From a virus: a stretch of DNA of 64,000 nt. The notes under the pieces were generated by a model. It searched no databases. It was not told the DNA's origin and was given only the letters and a program-made list of their open reading frames with translations. The position numbers and the translations under genes were made by a program. How positions within the stretch are numbered: position 1 is the stretch's first letter; each line of letters starts with the position of its first letter. The stretch lies in the IMG/VR virus record IMGVR_UViG_3300045988_159027; one strand, 5' to 3'. Of the stretch, positions 17,800-28,761 are shown in pieces.

Positions 17800-18324
17800 T
17801 CAGTTTTTGCTTTTCCCTTCAAGAGCTTCTACCACATCTATCTGTACGATGTCATGGTAGTATGCCTGCACCATTTCGCTAAGTCTTGTTATCTGGTGTC
17901 TGATTTCCATTGTAAGGAACGGACGCTGCTGCCTGTCACCTTGTCCCTTCCATTCCTCATACAATTTGTTCCATTTGGCATCCTCTCCTTCAAATCTCCA
18001 TTTTCTTCCACGTCCCACACCCATGTCCACAAAGAAAAGATAATATCGGAAAAAGAAGGAAATTTTTTCCGTATCGCCCTCTGCCATATTGTAGACCTTC
18101 GCATAGAAATTACGGTAGCTGAAAGATTCTCCAGTGCTTCGCTTGGCTGCGGGTGTGTTGCGGTATCCGATGTAGGGACCGGGATACCCTCTTGGCCATA
18201 CTTTCTGTGTTCCGTAGTTTCTGTGTATGCTCTGTATTGTGGTCAGCGCCCATTTCTTCAAGTCAAGGAATTTTTGTTTCCTTGCTTCGTCCAATGATTT
18301 CTGCATGGTATTTTGTTTTTGCAA
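17800..18324 (-). CDS. Hypothetical protein
   Basis: 174 aa with charged, protein-like composition. Preferred over the antisense ORF 17773..18297. Divergent from the tape measure gene. Confidence 0.55.
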   Translation of the reverse strand: MQKQNTMQKSLDEARKQKFLDLKKWALTTIQSIHRNYGTQKVWPRGYPGPYIGYRNTPAAKRSTGESFSYRNFYAKVYNMAEGDTEKISFFFRYYLFFVDMGVGRGRKWRFEGEDAKWNKLYEEWKGQGDRQQRPFLTMEIRHQITRLSEMVQAYYHDIVQIDVVEALEGKSKN

Positions 18325-18366
18325 ATATAGTGATTTTCTGAAAACCAGTGCGTTGAGCCTATATTT

Positions 18367-18405
18367 TTTTGTCCTTCATTTTGCTTTTTACGATAGGTAA
18401 CTTTG
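18367..18405 (+). promoter_or_regulatory. Class-II promoter-like element TTTTGTCCTTCA-N19-TAACTTTG
   Basis: GTCCTTCA at 18371-18378, TAACTTTG at 18398-18405, 20 nt upstream of the tape measure gene. Confidence 0.5.
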
Positions 18406-18424
18406 GGTAAAAATCAAACTAGGC

Positions 18425-21400
18425 ATGGCATACAACAGGAACCAACAAGCACGAATAGACGTATATATAGGCGGAACTACTCAGGCAAAAAAGCAGCTTC
18501 AGGAAATGAAGAACGAAGCTGCTCAACTGTCGAAGGAGATAGAGTCCATGAAGCAGCAGCAGCTTTTTGAACTTGATCCGAAAGCTTATGATGAACTTGG
18601 GAAAAAAATACAGGAAAGTGAGAAACGTTTCAAGTCCATGAATAAGGTCATAAGGGATACTGAAAGACAGATATACAACATATCAAAGGAGTTAAGCGAC
18701 CTTTCAGGTGAAACGGAACGTAACTTAAAGTCAAGCCGTAATTATTATCAGCAGCAGCTTGCACGAACAGACCCTAAAGACCTTGAAAAAATGCAATATA
18801 ACGCTTCCATGCTGAACAAAATCATGGAAGAGCTTGAGCGTCGTAAGAAGAATATAGAAGGTTTCGCTACAATATTCGGGAATATACGCGATGCATCCGA
18901 CAAGGCACTTTCAACGCTTCGCCAGCGTTTACAGGAAGTGATGGGAACTACCAAGGAAGGAACTGAGGAAATGGCCAGATTCTCAGAACAGCTTCGCACG
19001 GTGGAAATGGAGCAATCGAGGAGGGTGACTCAGCAGGCAAAAACCACTTTGGGACAAGTTCAGACTGGGACGTTTGACGGGACTATCGGGCAGACGAAAG
19101 AGGCTATCAAATTGCTTGAAGAATACAAGCAGAAGCTTAAAATCAGCGACACAAAGGGAATAAAGGAGGTCGAAGATGCTATTGCCACGCTTAATGGGAA
19201 AATAAAGACTACTTCTGATGAAGTTATAAGTCTGGATGAAGCTCTCGACAAGGCCGGTAAAGTTGGAATGGGTACTTTTGACGGGACGTACGAAGACCTT
19301 CAGCAGTTGAAAAAAACATTGCAGGACTATCAAAGCCAGTTAAAAGTGGGCGACACGAAGCAACTGGATAAAATAAGGAATGCTTTTAAGGATATTGAAT
19401 CTGCAGAGCAGGCGGTCTCCAATAAGCTTGTAAATGTAGACGATGTAATGAAACGCTTGCGTACGGCTCCGCTTGAAGAATTGCAACAGGCTGCCGCACA
19501 ATTGCAGAAAGAACTAACGGAGTCAACCAGACGTACAGAGGAGTATGTAAAGACATCAGCTAAGCTTCGTCAGGTAAGTGCACAGATAGACGATGTGAAA
19601 AAAAGCTGGCAGGAGCACGACAACCAGATTGTAGCTACAGCGAAAAGACTTACATCGTATGTGCTGGTTTACGCCGGATTCAATGAAATCGTCGGGCGTA
19701 TAAAGCAAATGGCTCAGGCGAATTTTGAACTTAGCGACAGCATGGCTGACATCCAGAAAACAACCGGGCTTTCCAGTGAAGAGATTGCGAATCTTACAAA
19801 AAACATAGATAAGATAGACACACGAACGGCGCAGGAACAGCTTTATAGTCTTGCGGCTTCGGCTGGACAGGCAGGTCTGAAAACGGAGGAAGATGTGCTT
19901 GGATTTGTGCGTGCGGCAGATCAGCTTACTATTGCATTAAATGAACTTGGTAATGAAGGTGTAAACACCCTTCTAAAAATCAGCAATCTTACAGGAGAAG
20001 GTAAACTTCTGGGAACAGAAAAAGCTTTATTGGCTATTGGTAGTTCTATCAATGAATTGTCTGCTGCAAGTTCTGCCACAGCCGGACCTATTACCGATAT
20101 TATTAACCGTATTGGCTCTGTGGCAAGCGTATCCAAGATTACTATGGCGGAAATGGCAGCTCTCGGTGCGGTTATGGATGAAAATGCTGAAAGCGCGGAA
20201 GTGGCAGGTACGGCTCTTACCTCATTTATATCTGCATTACAGACTAATACAAGGTCAATCGCTATGGCTGTAGGTATAGATGATAAAGTCCTTGAAGACA
20301 TGATAAGCGCAGGTAAAACCATGGATGCTATGCTGGTTGTTCTGGGTAAGTTGAAGGGGATGAGTGAAGAGGATGGATTGAAGGCATTAGCTCCTATAAT
20401 GAAAGAATTTGGGAGCGAGGGAGAGCGTATGAACCGAGTTATCACTACGCTTTCACAGAACACTGATGTACTTCGTTCTCGTGTAGAATTATCACGCCAG
20501 GCGTACGCTGAAGCCACTAGTGTGACCAATGAAGCAAATATTAAACAGGAAAGTGCCATTGGTATAGTAAACCGACTTGGCAACGAAATAAAGGAAACAT
20601 TCGTTAATTCAAATGCCGTAGAAAGACTAAAAGAGTTTCTATCCACGCTACTTGATTTTGTAAAATGGTTAAAAAGCGGATCTGACGGAGCAGAAGTATT
20701 TAAAACTTCAGTTACTTCACTTGTTCTTGGGCTTGCATCTTTTACGGTTGCAGCAAAAGCGGCAGGTGCGGCAATATTCACAGCAAGTACATATACAACG
20801 TTGTGGAAGGAAGGATTTTCTGCATTGAATACAGCCATGAAAAAAAATGTAATTGGACTTGTGGTTGCCGGAATAACTACGCTTGGTTATGCTGTATATG
20901 ATTTGTTGACAAAAGTTAGCGATATTACAAAAGCCACCAATGATTACAACAAGGAACTTGAGCGTGAAAGGCTTCGTGTAGATGCGCTTTTTGAAGGGGC
21001 AAAGAAAGAGAATCAGGAAAAGGATGTAAAACTGAAACTTATCAACCAGATAAATGACCGATATGGAGATTATATAGGATTCCTCCTTACGGAAGCTGAC
21101 AGTAACGAAAAACTTTCTGCTGCACAGGAACTTGTAAACGCTAAAATACGTGAAAGGCTATCGTTGCTTTTAAAGGAAAAACTTCAGGAACAAGCGGCTG
21201 AAAAGACCGCATCAGGAGTAAGTACAGCACTTGGTAATATAAAACAAGGACTTCAAGAAACACAGGGTATTTCAGATGTACGGTCAGATGAAGCGTTGCG
21301 CGTAGTGCAGCAGATAGTAAACCGTGATATTAAAAAGCCGGTAGATGAAATTGTAAAGCAGGTTTACGCTACCTTGCGTGAAAAGTTCTCCACGGAAGGG

Positions 21401-24199
21401 AATGCCTACACTTATCAGGATTTTTTCAAAGTAAGTGAAGGGGTTCGCGATTATATCAATGTGCTGAAAGATTACGACAAGGCAGTTGATTCGGCTGTAA
21501 CTGAAACGGAAGAGAAAATAAACGCAGCAAATCAGGATGTAAAGGCGGCAAATACTAAAATGCTGAATGCCATTACATCCGAATGGAACGAATTGCAGAA
21601 GGTAAAAACAGATTCATTGAATGAAAACCAGCTTTTAGAACACAATGAGAAGCTGAAAAAGGCAGCCAATGAATATATCAAAATAGCCAAACAGCAGATT
21701 TCTCTTCTTTCTGGCGAAGAGAAGCAGCAGTTGCAAAGCTATGTGGATTTCTATGAGAAAGCCATTTCGCAGGTAGAAAAGACTTCCAAGCAAAAAGAAC
21801 CGAATATATGGGGATATGGACGCACAATAGACGATGCAAGTGTAGACCAGCTTGTAGCTAAATACAAGCAATTTTTTGCTGAAAGAACAAGTATGCGAAA
21901 AGATGCCGACTATTCTACTGCATACGCCAAAGAGTTTAAGGATAGGGCAGAAGCTATGGACTGGTACATGAAGAAACTGAAAGAAATTGAAGCACAGCTT
22001 AACAAGATGGGGTATAATACCAGTGGAGAGCTGTTGAACGACAAGTCCGGCTCCAGGGGCGAAAAAAGAGAAATGAATGATGAAATGACCGCTGCGCTTT
22101 CTGCACTTGAGGCATATTTCGTATCCCGTGAGACGCTGATAAAGGAACGGCGTGCAAATGAGGAAATTACCGAGCAGGAAATGAACCGTCAGCTCGAGGC
22201 TAACGAATTTGAGCATCTTAACGCACGGATAAAACTTCGCAGGTCATTCCTTGGTGACATGGAATCGCTTAGTAAGGAAGAGATGAAAACTTACGGTCTT
22301 GATGGTAAAGACTTGGAAAAACTGTCAAAGTACCTTCTGGATAAAGGTCAGGCCATGCAAGACGGAATAAGGCTTAAACTGGTAGAAGACGAACTGAAGA
22401 TGCGTGAAGACCTGCTGAAGCACCAGGAAGCCATACGGAAAATTCTTCTTGACAATGACTATACCGGACAAGTAGACAAGGAATTTATGTCTGCAATAGA
22501 CAAACTTGAACTCCTTTTCGGGAAGCAGGAAGAAATGACAGAGGAATCCGGTATTCGGCGTATGAACATTCTCCGTTCCATGTCTCAGGAAGCATATCTT
22601 ATTGATGTGGAGGAGTTCAGGAAAAGAATTGAAGCGCAGACTGAATTTTCCGAATGGAGAAAAGACAAGACTACGGAAGACTATCAGGCGCTTCTTTACA
22701 TGCTTCAGAAGTATAATGATGATTACGAAGCAGCAGAAAACCGTGCCATCGAGCGCAGGAAAAAGATTGCCGAAAAGAAATGGGAAAAGAGCGGACAGAA
22801 GGAAGACTGGCAGACAAGGACCGATGAATCTCAGGCAAACGTTGACTTGATGCAAACCGCAAGCGGACTTGGTCTTGCTTCAGACAGCATGGTGGAGGAT
22901 GCGAAACTGGAATACTACAAGCTGCGGATAGAAGCATCGAAGGCTTATCTTGAACAGATGGAGCAGGAAATGCAGATGGAAGTTGACAAAGCTTATCAGG
23001 AAAAGCTGCTGGCAGACGCAAAACTGGAGGAAGTTGAGGGCACAGACCTTGAAGCGGATTACAGGGACAGATCGCTTGAAGCAAATGCGGCATACGAAGC
23101 AGCAAAGCGCGCACAGATGCAAATGACGCTCGATGCCCGGCAAAAATTGAATGAAGCCATGAATGACCTAGATAATCAGGAGATGGAAATTCAGGAACGT
23201 AAACTGAATACATTGAAGGAATATACCGATGCCATTGTAGATTTCAGCGGGCAAATGGGTGAAGCGGCTTTTGGAGAAGTGGAAGACAGAAAACAGGCTG
23301 CCCAACAGCTTATTCAGACAACCATGAATCTTACAAAGCAACTTATTATGCAGAAGATTCAGGAACTTCTAACCAAGAAGGCGCTTAAAAAACAGGAAGT
23401 GGCTATTGAGCAGTCGGGAAACCAGTCAATTGTGCAAAGCGCCGGAAGTACGATCATTTCCGGGCTTGCAGCGAGCGAAAAAGGAATGGGCGGTAAAATA
23501 ACGGGCGCTATTGCCGGCGGTTCTGCTAAAATTATAGAAGAGTTGGGCTGGTGGGGTATTCCTCTGATAGCCGTAATTTCTGCTGCGTTAAATGGACTTA
23601 TGGGACTTGCTATGGGCGCATTTACAAAGTCAAAACAGGAAGTTGCGGCAGTAACTGGAGCATCATCAAGCAGCAAGGGCCGTGTAGCAGCCGGAATGCT
23701 TACCTACGCAGAGGGTGACTATCCGGTACTGGGAAACGACGGACAGATATACAACGCACGCTACCAGAAGGAACTTAAAACGGGAGTGTACAGCGGAGGT
23801 GCGCATTTCGGTATTTTCTCTGAAAAGAAGCCTGAAATGATTGTGGACGGCGATACTACACAGAAGCTTATTCTGAACTATCCGCACATCTACGACAGCA
23901 TTCTCACCATTGCGCGGCACGGGCAGCTTAAATCGGCCGCCATGCCGACATTTGCCAGCGGGAACTATCCTTCTATGCCGGCGCAGATTACACAGGTAGC
24001 ATCCGGAGCTACGGATATGAATATTCAGAACGAGCAGATGACACAAATGCTCGGGAGTGTGGCCGAAGCGCTTTCCACACTGAACGAGCGTCTGAGCAAG
24101 CCGATTCGCGCCGCCGTAGACCCATACGGGAGCAAGGGTGCGGTAAACCAGTTGAACAAAGCCAGCAATTTCATGACCAAACGCGGACTGATAAAATAA
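18425..24199 (+). CDS. Tail tape measure protein
   Basis: 1924 aa with a long coiled coil. TP901-type core (ADIQKTTGLSSEEIANL...AASAGQAGL...) and hydrophobic Gly/Ala-rich segments near the C-terminus. Confidence 0.85.
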   Translation: MAYNRNQQARIDVYIGGTTQAKKQLQEMKNEAAQLSKEIESMKQQQLFELDPKAYDELGKKIQESEKRFKSMNKVIRDTERQIYNISKELSDLSGETERNLKSSRNYYQQQLARTDPKDLEKMQYNASMLNKIMEELERRKKNIEGFATIFGNIRDASDKALSTLRQRLQEVMGTTKEGTEEMARFSEQLRTVEMEQSRRVTQQAKTTLGQVQTGTFDGTIGQTKEAIKLLEEYKQKLKISDTKGIKEVEDAIATLNGKIKTTSDEVISLDEALDKAGKVGMGTFDGTYEDLQQLKKTLQDYQSQLKVGDTKQLDKIRNAFKDIESAEQAVSNKLVNVDDVMKRLRTAPLEELQQAAAQLQKELTESTRRTEEYVKTSAKLRQVSAQIDDVKKSWQEHDNQIVATAKRLTSYVLVYAGFNEIVGRIKQMAQANFELSDSMADIQKTTGLSSEEIANLTKNIDKIDTRTAQEQLYSLAASAGQAGLKTEEDVLGFVRAADQLTIALNELGNEGVNTLLKISNLTGEGKLLGTEKALLAIGSSINELSAASSATAGPITDIINRIGSVASVSKITMAEMAALGAVMDENAESAEVAGTALTSFISALQTNTRSIAMAVGIDDKVLEDMISAGKTMDAMLVVLGKLKGMSEEDGLKALAPIMKEFGSEGERMNRVITTLSQNTDVLRSRVELSRQAYAEATSVTNEANIKQESAIGIVNRLGNEIKETFVNSNAVERLKEFLSTLLDFVKWLKSGSDGAEVFKTSVTSLVLGLASFTVAAKAAGAAIFTASTYTTLWKEGFSALNTAMKKNVIGLVVAGITTLGYAVYDLLTKVSDITKATNDYNKELERERLRVDALFEGAKKENQEKDVKLKLINQINDRYGDYIGFLLTEADSNEKLSAAQELVNAKIRERLSLLLKEKLQEQAAEKTASGVSTALGNIKQGLQETQGISDVRSDEALRVVQQIVNRDIKKPVDEIVKQVYATLREKFSTEGNAYTYQDFFKVSEGVRDYINVLKDYDKAVDSAVTETEEKINAANQDVKAANTKMLNAITSEWNELQKVKTDSLNENQLLEHNEKLKKAANEYIKIAKQQISLLSGEEKQQLQSYVDFYEKAISQVEKTSKQKEPNIWGYGRTIDDASVDQLVAKYKQFFAERTSMRKDADYSTAYAKEFKDRAEAMDWYMKKLKEIEAQLNKMGYNTSGELLNDKSGSRGEKREMNDEMTAALSALEAYFVSRETLIKERRANEEITEQEMNRQLEANEFEHLNARIKLRRSFLGDMESLSKEEMKTYGLDGKDLEKLSKYLLDKGQAMQDGIRLKLVEDELKMREDLLKHQEAIRKILLDNDYTGQVDKEFMSAIDKLELLFGKQEEMTEESGIRRMNILRSMSQEAYLIDVEEFRKRIEAQTEFSEWRKDKTTEDYQALLYMLQKYNDDYEAAENRAIERRKKIAEKKWEKSGQKEDWQTRTDESQANVDLMQTASGLGLASDSMVEDAKLEYYKLRIEASKAYLEQMEQEMQMEVDKAYQEKLLADAKLEEVEGTDLEADYRDRSLEANAAYEAAKRAQMQMTLDARQKLNEAMNDLDNQEMEIQERKLNTLKEYTDAIVDFSGQMGEAAFGEVEDRKQAAQQLIQTTMNLTKQLIMQKIQELLTKKALKKQEVAIEQSGNQSIVQSAGSTIISGLAASEKGMGGKITGAIAGGSAKIIEELGWWGIPLIAVISAALNGLMGLAMGAFTKSKQEVAAVTGASSSSKGRVAAGMLTYAEGDYPVLGNDGQIYNARYQKELKTGVYSGGAHFGIFSEKKPEMIVDGDTTQKLILNYPHIYDSILTIARHGQLKSAAMPTFASGNYPSMPAQITQVASGATDMNIQNEQMTQMLGSVAEALSTLNERLSKPIRAAVDPYGSKGAVNQLNKASNFMTKRGLIK

Positions 24200-24206
24200 T
24201 GACACG

Positions 24207-26336
24207 ATGAAAGGACTACAGATAAAGATTAACAGCCAGTGGGTAAAGCTGTCGGAAGATTTTTCCATTACACTGGAGCAGTCGAACCCACTTTTCAATG
24301 ACCAGGGAACATTCTCGTTCCCTTTCGAAATTCCGCTGGAACCCAACCGCGAAATTTTCAAGAACATTGCCGATCCTTGGGGAGACATTAACCTGAAGGA
24401 CATTGACCGTATGCCCGCAGAGCTTTGGGTGGACGGCATAATGATATACCGTGGTGTGATAGAAACAGACGATGAAGTGGAGTTTGAAGATACACTTCCG
24501 GTCACATTCATTTCCGGTAACAGTGATTTCATGGACCGTATAGAAGGAATGAATGCAAGGGATATTCCGCTCGACAGGGAGATAAAACTTGGATATAGGG
24601 TAAAATCAGCTTCCACACAATATTCCAATACGGATGATAATTTATTTATAACCATATACCTTAACGATGGAGTGATGAATTACACCGAGAGCAACGAATC
24701 GGACCCTTATCCTATAAAGCCATATTGCAATGTAAGGGTATGTACACCAAACGATGCAGGAAGCTATAATATATTGGAACCCAGAAGACCGTACAGCGGT
24801 GTATGCTTCTACGTAATGTATCTTCTTGATTGTTTCTTCAAATATCTGAATATCGGCGTACAAAAGAACGATTTGTCCACAATGGAAGACATGTGCCGTC
24901 TGGCATTTTTCAGCACGCAGTGTCATACGGAAGAAAAGGGAGATTCATTTTCTGTATCATGGACAGATATTATGATGAATAATTTTATGGGTTCATCATT
25001 TTCTCTTCATTATGACTTAAAGTATAATGTAATTCCAAGTGCTAATTCATACAGAACAATTGCGACATTTCTTACCCAGAACTTTTCTTATAGCGCGGTG
25101 AATGTTTTTGCTACCAATCAGAATTTCCCGGATGTAGAAATGGAAGATTTGATTGAAGACCTGCAAAATGCTTTTGGTATTCGGTTCTTGTACGACAGTG
25201 CAAAAAATACGATGGATGTCATATATATAAAAGACATTCTGAAATCGGATGAAACATCCATTCTTGATGTGGAAATAGTGGGGATGCAGTTGAAAAAATC
25301 AAAAGAAAAGACCATACGCCTTACATACGGCCAGGAAGATGATACTGCATTCAATTATGATGATTATTCCAATGTGAAGGAGAAGAATAATTACATGGAG
25401 ATTCTTCAGCAGGGACAAGCATCCAATGACACCACATGCTATCAGGATAAACTTACAGGGAACTCCTATCGTATAAAAGTGGACGAGAATACTGGAGGAA
25501 ATCCTTCTTTGTTTGAGGTTGGCGGATTTCGTGATTATTTAATCGGAGGCACATCGACGGAAGAAGAGGAAGATGAAATATCTATCAACTTTGCTCCGGT
25601 GATGATAAATGATGTAAACGGTCAGACAGTAGTTTCAGAGGCTATGTCTGGTAAAGAAGGTCAGCAGATTCTGGCTGTATTTGCCGATCAGGAACTTCTG
25701 TCGGAAAGGAATGCAAGTTTCAGTCTTATTCCCGGGATATTGGGCGTAGCACCTTCTCACATGATGAGATACAAGCATGAGATAACGCTGAGCTATCTTT
25801 CCGATGAAAATTATGACAAAGAATCAGCAGAAGAATCACCCATGCGTACTTACGATGCCGGATTTTGTCTTGGAATCATGCGCGGTCCTGGTAGCAAATC
25901 TGGCATAGACTATAGTCCTAATTACGACGGTGAAGGAAACGACTCGTGGGTACATACGGTAGCCAACAGTGCTTTTACAGCCGACAGCTGCGATAACTTT
26001 GGACGGTTCTTTGATTACAACGGCACGGAGCAGGGTGGAGTAGACCAGTCCGGACGATTCTCGCTCAAGCTGGTGGCCGGGAAAGACAAGTATCCCGCTT
26101 CTCAGGCATACCAGGACCGTGGGCTGGTGTCAAAATTCCTTTCGGAATATCTTTACTTCCTTTACAACCGGAAGACCGTGATACTGACAGTAAGAATGAC
26201 CATATCGCAGATTGCAGGACTGGATATGCTCAAGCGCTACCAGATAGGTAACTATGTGGGATTCATTAACAAGTTATCCTACAGCATTGACCGTAGCGGG
26301 ATTACGGAGGTGACAATCGAACTATATACCATTTAA
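24207..26336 (+). CDS. Distal tail / baseplate protein
   Basis: 709 aa, starting 8 nt after the tape measure stop. The call is positional; no motif recognised. Confidence 0.55.
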   Translation: MKGLQIKINSQWVKLSEDFSITLEQSNPLFNDQGTFSFPFEIPLEPNREIFKNIADPWGDINLKDIDRMPAELWVDGIMIYRGVIETDDEVEFEDTLPVTFISGNSDFMDRIEGMNARDIPLDREIKLGYRVKSASTQYSNTDDNLFITIYLNDGVMNYTESNESDPYPIKPYCNVRVCTPNDAGSYNILEPRRPYSGVCFYVMYLLDCFFKYLNIGVQKNDLSTMEDMCRLAFFSTQCHTEEKGDSFSVSWTDIMMNNFMGSSFSLHYDLKYNVIPSANSYRTIATFLTQNFSYSAVNVFATNQNFPDVEMEDLIEDLQNAFGIRFLYDSAKNTMDVIYIKDILKSDETSILDVEIVGMQLKKSKEKTIRLTYGQEDDTAFNYDDYSNVKEKNNYMEILQQGQASNDTTCYQDKLTGNSYRIKVDENTGGNPSLFEVGGFRDYLIGGTSTEEEEDEISINFAPVMINDVNGQTVVSEAMSGKEGQQILAVFADQELLSERNASFSLIPGILGVAPSHMMRYKHEITLSYLSDENYDKESAEESPMRTYDAGFCLGIMRGPGSKSGIDYSPNYDGEGNDSWVHTVANSAFTADSCDNFGRFFDYNGTEQGGVDQSGRFSLKLVAGKDKYPASQAYQDRGLVSKFLSEYLYFLYNRKTVILTVRMTISQIAGLDMLKRYQIGNYVGFINKLSYSIDRSGITEVTIELYTI

Positions 26337-26350
26337 GGAAAAAATAAAAC

Positions 26351-27472
26351 ATGGCAATACAGGTATTACAGCAGCCGCCACAGATAGCATTTGCAGGCGA
26401 CCCCATAGTGGTTAAGGCAAAAACCACGCTGAGCGGAAAAACGTTTCTCCGCATAAAGATTACGGTCAATGCCACCGCATTTGCCGGATCTGAAGAGTTT
26501 CCTTATTCAGAAAGTTACTCATTCGAGGTAGGATCTGACGGGATAGCCGTTTTCAATATTGGAGAAACCATAAAAACTACGCTGTCACGAAAGATGACGT
26601 TTGATGTGAACGGCACGCAGACCCTTTCACAGATGATATACGCTGCACGATACACCATTACCTACAAGGAGTCATATATTGACGGTATGGTAGAGATAGA
26701 AGAAGGTGAAACCACTTCCGAGCAGTACAATGCCATACCCGGAAGGCTCACGGAGTTTGAACGCCTTACCACATCCAATGTAGATACCACAGAGATTTTA
26801 GGTGAGGGACGCATCTTGAGCCGTAAACCGGAGGGAGATATTGTCCCATTGGGATGGATACTGTGTATTCCTGCAGTAAGTACCCGATCGGACACCATTA
26901 CCTACAGCGTGGTGCAGGGAGAAGAATCGAAAGAATATTCCGAATACACACGTGGTGCGCTGGTCCCGGATTCATTGCAAATAATCACATCATCGTTGAA
27001 GGAAGGTGAGCTTACAGTGAACACCGGATTTGAAACCGGGAAGAAGCGCTATGCGGTAAAGACAAACCCGCTCATGCGCCACTTCATATTCCTGAACGGG
27101 TTCGGTTTGATGGAAAGTGTAGTCGCTTTTACGCGCGATTCGCTGGAGTATGACATACAGAGTGAGCTTTACACGCTTCCTGCTGACATTTCCTACCGTG
27201 CTACCACGCGCACTGCCAGCTATGCACAGACGCCTTCAGGAACTTTTTCCATGAGCAGCGGATTTGTAAACAGAGAGTGGGCCGAATGGTGGCTCACGGA
27301 ATTTGTGGTGACGCGAAAGGCATGGATGTACGATAACGGCACATACATACCCGTCGCCATCATACCAGAAGAGACGAACAAACTTTATGACCGCGCTAAA
27401 CCAGGTCTTATTTCCGTGAATTTCAGTGTGCGGTATGGATTCTCAGGAAGTACTATGAACTCATTCGTCTAA
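26351..27472 (+). CDS. Tail-associated protein
   Basis: 373 aa. Last gene of the tape measure operon. Confidence 0.55.
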   Translation: MAIQVLQQPPQIAFAGDPIVVKAKTTLSGKTFLRIKITVNATAFAGSEEFPYSESYSFEVGSDGIAVFNIGETIKTTLSRKMTFDVNGTQTLSQMIYAARYTITYKESYIDGMVEIEEGETTSEQYNAIPGRLTEFERLTTSNVDTTEILGEGRILSRKPEGDIVPLGWILCIPAVSTRSDTITYSVVQGEESKEYSEYTRGALVPDSLQIITSSLKEGELTVNTGFETGKKRYAVKTNPLMRHFIFLNGFGLMESVVAFTRDSLEYDIQSELYTLPADISYRATTRTASYAQTPSGTFSMSSGFVNREWAEWWLTEFVVTRKAWMYDNGTYIPVAIIPEETNKLYDRAKPGLISVNFSVRYGFSGSTMNSFV

Positions 27473-28750
27473 CGGAAGGAATCCTTCTCCGTTTTTCTTC
27501 TGTAGTTTTTCTTTCAACCGGATAACCTGCTGGCGGAGCATACGGTTCTCTTCCAGCAGGATTTCCGCACTGGTTACACCAAATGAAATATCCATGCGAT
27601 TCTGATCCGAAATAAGATAGTAAGGTGTTACTTCCAACCGGTTGCATATCTCCAGCATGTCTTTTATTCGCATGGTGCTGTTTTCTTTTCGCCATGCACG
27701 AAGTTTCCATTCGCTAATATTCATACGTTCAAGCAGTTCCGAGCGGTTTATACCCGTCACGCTCTCCTTCCCGAAAAAATCATTCACATATTCCGGATGG
27801 AAAACTACCGTCTTCCAGTTGTCCGACCGGTAATAGTCGTACACATTTACTTCCGGAACAATGCCGTTATCCCGATAGAATATGTGTCTTGTGCTGATAT
27901 GGTATTTGTTGCAAAGTTTCACCAGCGAGGTAATCAGCATGTTTCCTTCGATGAACAGTTCGCTGAAATTCTGCATGCCGGCATCCTGAATCACTTTTCG
28001 TCTGGACACTCCCACGACGATATGAAAGTTCTCCAGCAGTCCCCAGTTAGCCTTCCATTCCCTGACTTTCCTGTCTGCGTAGGTATATTCGGTGCTTTCT
28101 TCTGCCACAAGCTCCGTTTCCTTGATTCTTGCTTTCAGCTTGCGGTTTTCATCCAGAAGTGATATTCGTTCCTGCCGGTATTGCCTTATAGCCTCTTTGA
28201 GTTCCGAAATTTCCTGCCACACGCGCGGCGATATTTCCGTCTCGGTGGCCGCGTACTTTTCAAGCTTCTCATTCTCGTCTTCCATGAACACGTCTATGTC
28301 GATTCCGAAACGGTTGCATATTCCGATAAGCCAGTTAACCGTACACCCTCCTATCTTCGGATTCTGCCACCTTACGATACTGGTGACTGATATTCCGCTC
28401 TGACGCGAAAATTCAGCAAGCGAAGGAATTTTGGTAAGTCCCTGCGGACCGTAGAGCCAGCGCAAGTTTTCGGGTATGAATCTCACCTCTTTAAAATCTT
28501 CATCCGGTATGACATATTTGAAGCGATTACCGAGTAAATTTTCAGGAGGAGCCGACATAATGAAGTTTGACAGGCTTATGTGGAATGTGTTGCACACCAT
28601 TACGATGTCATGCACGAGTATATTGTCTTGATTATCAACCTTTCTTTTATACATGTATGATTTTCCGTACACCTTCTCCGACACGCCTTTTTCGCTCAGA
28701 CCGAAGAGCTTGGGAAGATTATTGAACAGGAAAGAATTGAAATAGTACAT
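27461..28750 (-). CDS. Regulator with four tandem HTH-like repeats and two coiled coils
   Basis: Four ~55-aa repeats each end in h-x-x-h-CN-x-(F/Y/L)-x-(I/V): VMVCNTFHISLSNFI, LIGICNRFGIDIDVFM, LVKLCNKYHISTRHIF, MLEICNRLEVTPYYLI. Confidence 0.65.
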   Translation of the reverse strand: MYYFNSFLFNNLPKLFGLSEKGVSEKVYGKSYMYKRKVDNQDNILVHDIVMVCNTFHISLSNFIMSAPPENLLGNRFKYVIPDEDFKEVRFIPENLRWLYGPQGLTKIPSLAEFSRQSGISVTSIVRWQNPKIGGCTVNWLIGICNRFGIDIDVFMEDENEKLEKYAATETEISPRVWQEISELKEAIRQYRQERISLLDENRKLKARIKETELVAEESTEYTYADRKVREWKANWGLLENFHIVVGVSRRKVIQDAGMQNFSELFIEGNMLITSLVKLCNKYHISTRHIFYRDNGIVPEVNVYDYYRSDNWKTVVFHPEYVNDFFGKESVTGINRSELLERMNISEWKLRAWRKENSTMRIKDMLEICNRLEVTPYYLISDQNRMDISFGVTSAEILLEENRMLRQQVIRLKEKLQKKNGEGFLPLDE

Positions 28751-28761
28751 AAAAAATCAGT

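Noticed and set aside
17773-18297. Plus-strand 174-aa ORF overlapping 17800..18324 (minus strand).
   Set aside because: Its translation is Phe/Leu/Cys/Ser-rich and starts inside the bidirectional terminator. The minus-strand product is charged and protein-like and ends just before that terminator.
19921-24655. Minus-strand ORFs 19921..20838 (305 aa) and 23666..24655 (329 aa) inside or overlapping the tape measure gene.
   Set aside because: They are antisense shadows of the Ala/Ser/Glu-rich tape measure gene. The + strand ORF is continuous over 5.8 kb and carries a family core motif.
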